A DNA stretch of 64,000 nt from the sequence record NC_049849.1; one strand, given 5' to 3'. Numbering within the stretch: the first letter of the stretch is position 1; every line of letters begins with the position of its first letter. The position numbers and the translations under genes are program-made. The notes below the pieces were generated by a model. The model saw only the letters and a program-made list of their open reading frames with translations. It had not been told where the DNA came from and searched no databases. This document shows positions 62,138 to 64,000 of this stretch, piece after piece.

Positions 62138-62896
62138 ATGGCAAACAAGAACCGCGGTGCTCGTGCTCAGGACTTCAAGCAGGGCCGTACCATGTACCTT
62201 GCGTACTTCGGCGAACTGCAAGTCGTTCACATCCTCGGCCGGCCTTACAACCGAGGTGGCGGCTCGATCATGAGCGCAGTCGACGTTATGAAGGTCGACT
62301 ACAAAGGCCGCTATGAGAGGGACACTCTGTTCCTCGGTGATCGCGGCGTGCCGGGTTTCGCATACGATCAGCGCCCGAATGAAATCTTTCTGTCGCGTGG
62401 GGCGTGCGAGCGCAACCTCGAACGTATCAAGGAGTACCGCGATGAGTTGTGCACTCGAATCTCAAACGACATGCCCCTATCGTGGATGGATTATCCCGAC
62501 TACGACGACTGGCATGAGCCGTCGCCCGACGAGCAGGTACGGAATGTCCTGAGCCGCATGGCAAGTGTCGGCACGCGTGAAGGCTACTTGCACGAAGTGC
62601 CCGAGCGCCTCTATGAAAACTTCACCATGAGCGATCACAGTACCACGTACGTCTGCCGCAAGCTCGAGTCTGACTGCATCGCCATTGACTACAAGCGCGA
62701 CGACGCCACGGGTGACTGCAAAGACGTGCATGAGTTCTACACGTTGCAGAAAGGTATGTGGCGTCGAATTCTCGAAGGCCGTTTCCATGATCGCAAAAGC
62801 CCGACGGCCTCGAAAGACTTCTGCAAGTTCCCGGTCGCGCACGAAATCAACGAGCTGCTGAAAGGCCTCGTCACCTACGCAATGGAGAGGAACTAA
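62138..62896 (+). CDS. hypothetical protein
   Basis: AAGGA RBS; 252 aa. Confidence 0.6.
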   Translation: MANKNRGARAQDFKQGRTMYLAYFGELQVVHILGRPYNRGGGSIMSAVDVMKVDYKGRYERDTLFLGDRGVPGFAYDQRPNEIFLSRGACERNLERIKEYRDELCTRISNDMPLSWMDYPDYDDWHEPSPDEQVRNVLSRMASVGTREGYLHEVPERLYENFTMSDHSTTYVCRKLESDCIAIDYKRDDATGDCKDVHEFYTLQKGMWRRILEGRFHDRKSPTASKDFCKFPVAHEINELLKGLVTYAMERN

Positions 62897-62897
62897 C

Positions 62898-63257
62898 ATG
62901 CCGTATCGCAATATGACTTCTCACAACATTGCAGTCGACGCAATCGAGCAGGCGCTGCGGCACTTGATCCAGTCGCAACGCGGATTCACGTTCGACTTCA
63001 AGAACGGCAACGGCTTGCAGATCAAGCGGCAGCTTTCGCACTACGCGCAGTTCAAGCCTGGGTACGAAGTGATTGTGCAGTTCCTCGAACATCGTGCCGA
63101 TGACGGGTGCTACGTCGTGTGCGCAGTCGAGCACTTCTCGTTGGCGAATCAGGAGTCGGCCATCGAGGCGTTCATGACGCGACTGATGGGGCCGAATCCA
63201 CACCGCGCTACCGACCTCGGTCAATCGGTCGAGTCCTTCTTCGTGAGGAAAGAATGA
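62898..63257 (+). CDS. hypothetical protein
   Basis: GAGG RBS. Confidence 0.55.
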   Translation: MPYRNMTSHNIAVDAIEQALRHLIQSQRGFTFDFKNGNGLQIKRQLSHYAQFKPGYEVIVQFLEHRADDGCYVVCAVEHFSLANQESAIEAFMTRLMGPNPHRATDLGQSVESFFVRKE

Positions 63258-63535
63258 GCAGTCGGCCCAACTGGAGCGGTGTCCGCGTGCTGGTAACGCC
63301 TACGGAACGCCTGAATCACTACTCCAAGGTCGCGGTAGCATTGCAGGATGCAAGCGACGCCCTTGGTAAGGCAATCGCCATGTGCAGTGATTCGTGCGGC
63401 GATTCTATCCACGGTACGGACTGGGGCACCTACAGAAAGATGGTGACCACCAAACTTCGCGTTGAAGAATTACATCGTAAATACAGGGAGCGCGCAGAGC
63501 GTGCCCTGAAGAAACAACATCAACAAGGAAAGTAA
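63254..63535 (+). CDS. hypothetical protein
   Basis: Coupled; start refined. Confidence 0.5.
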   Translation: MSSRPNWSGVRVLVTPTERLNHYSKVAVALQDASDALGKAIAMCSDSCGDSIHGTDWGTYRKMVTTKLRVEELHRKYRERAERALKKQHQQGK

Positions 63536-64000
63536 ATGAAGCTCCGCATTGGTCAATTCGACGCCAACGAGGCCATCACGCATAACCTGCGCACGCTGGC
63601 AGCGTTTGGTACAACGACTCGCAAAATTCGCAGAGGCTTGCAATTTGCATCGGCGCCGCTCGACCAAGTAGGCACGGTCACGCTTGTACTGCTGGACAAT
63701 CAGCAAGCCACGGAGTATCAGTGGCGCAAGGCTCGCGAGTCGGCCGTCAAGTTCCTCAAGGCTCTCAGCGACGAACTCGGGTCGCTGCTGCAGTGGGTGG
63801 GAATGCCCGCGCCGACTCCTGATTCGCAATGGTATGAACGCGAAGCCGAGGCGCGTGTACGAGTGCAGTTCACGTCGGACAAGCCGCAGCGTCAGCTGGA
63901 GCTGATGGTCACCCCCATGACCACGGACTTCGTAGAGACCGCTACGATGGCTCAGCTGGTAACGTACGTGTACATGACGCTGAACGTTGCGCATGAGTTC
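63536..64000 (+). CDS. hypothetical protein, 3'-truncated by the window end
   Basis: AAGGAAAG RBS; frame open from ATG 63536 to the end (155 codons); absent from the ORF track. Confidence 0.55.
   Translation, partial: MKLRIGQFDANEAITHNLRTLAAFGTTTRKIRRGLQFASAPLDQVGTVTLVLLDNQQATEYQWRKARESAVKFLKALSDELGSLLQWVGMPAPTPDSQWYEREAEARVRVQFTSDKPQRQLELMVTPMTTDFVETATMAQLVTYVYMTLNVAHEF

Noticed and set aside
1-64000. PhiKZ-type nucleus-forming phage, prophage, or mobile element
   Set aside because: No chimallin, PhuZ, multisubunit RNAP, integrase, transposase or att-like repeats are visible; the window could still miss such genes elsewhere.

Overview
This window is a 64-kb segment of a large lytic (jumbo-type) tailed-phage genome. 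It is densely coding, and every credible gene is on the + strand. The host is probably Gram-negative, since a spanin pair is present. Overall organisation recalls non-phiKZ jumbo myoviruses of Proteobacteria (RSL1/BcepSauron/PaBG-like), but this is inference, not an identification. (i) 1-34 kb is a replication/recombination/nucleotide module: beta-clamp, SF2 helicase, DnaB, family-A polymerase with a UDG-like N-terminus, primase, spanins, ThyA, GroES, dimeric dUTPase, gp32-like SSB, RecA, large terminase and SbcD-like nuclease. It contains a complete 7-deazaguanine cluster (QueD, QueC, AsnB-like amidotransferase, TGT/DpdA-like transglycosylase, QueE, FolE) and an RpoD-derived sigma-like protein. 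(ii) 34-46 kb is accessory: small early-type genes, a J-domain protein, a Tad1-like protein, thioredoxin, an acyl carrier protein, tRNA-Ile2(CAU), tRNA-Arg(UCU), and Lys-rich or Asp/Glu-rich disordered proteins. (iii) 46-55 kb holds type II topoisomerase subunits, a histone H1-like protein, a degenerate Acb1-like 2H protein, HNH, a second sigma-like protein and a Nudix hydrolase. (iv) 55-64 kb is a sigma70-driven early cluster with paralog arrays and a SleB-like hydrolase. The most notable signals are the non-standard deazaguanine DNA-modification cluster with an AsnB-like enzyme, and a 16-copy strand-biased motif TCGTAAATA that pairs plausibly with a region-2-only sigma factor. A suite of charge-block disordered and chromatin-like proteins and candidate anti-defence nucleotide sponges also stand out. 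All protein assignments are from recognised motifs by eye; no database searches were run.
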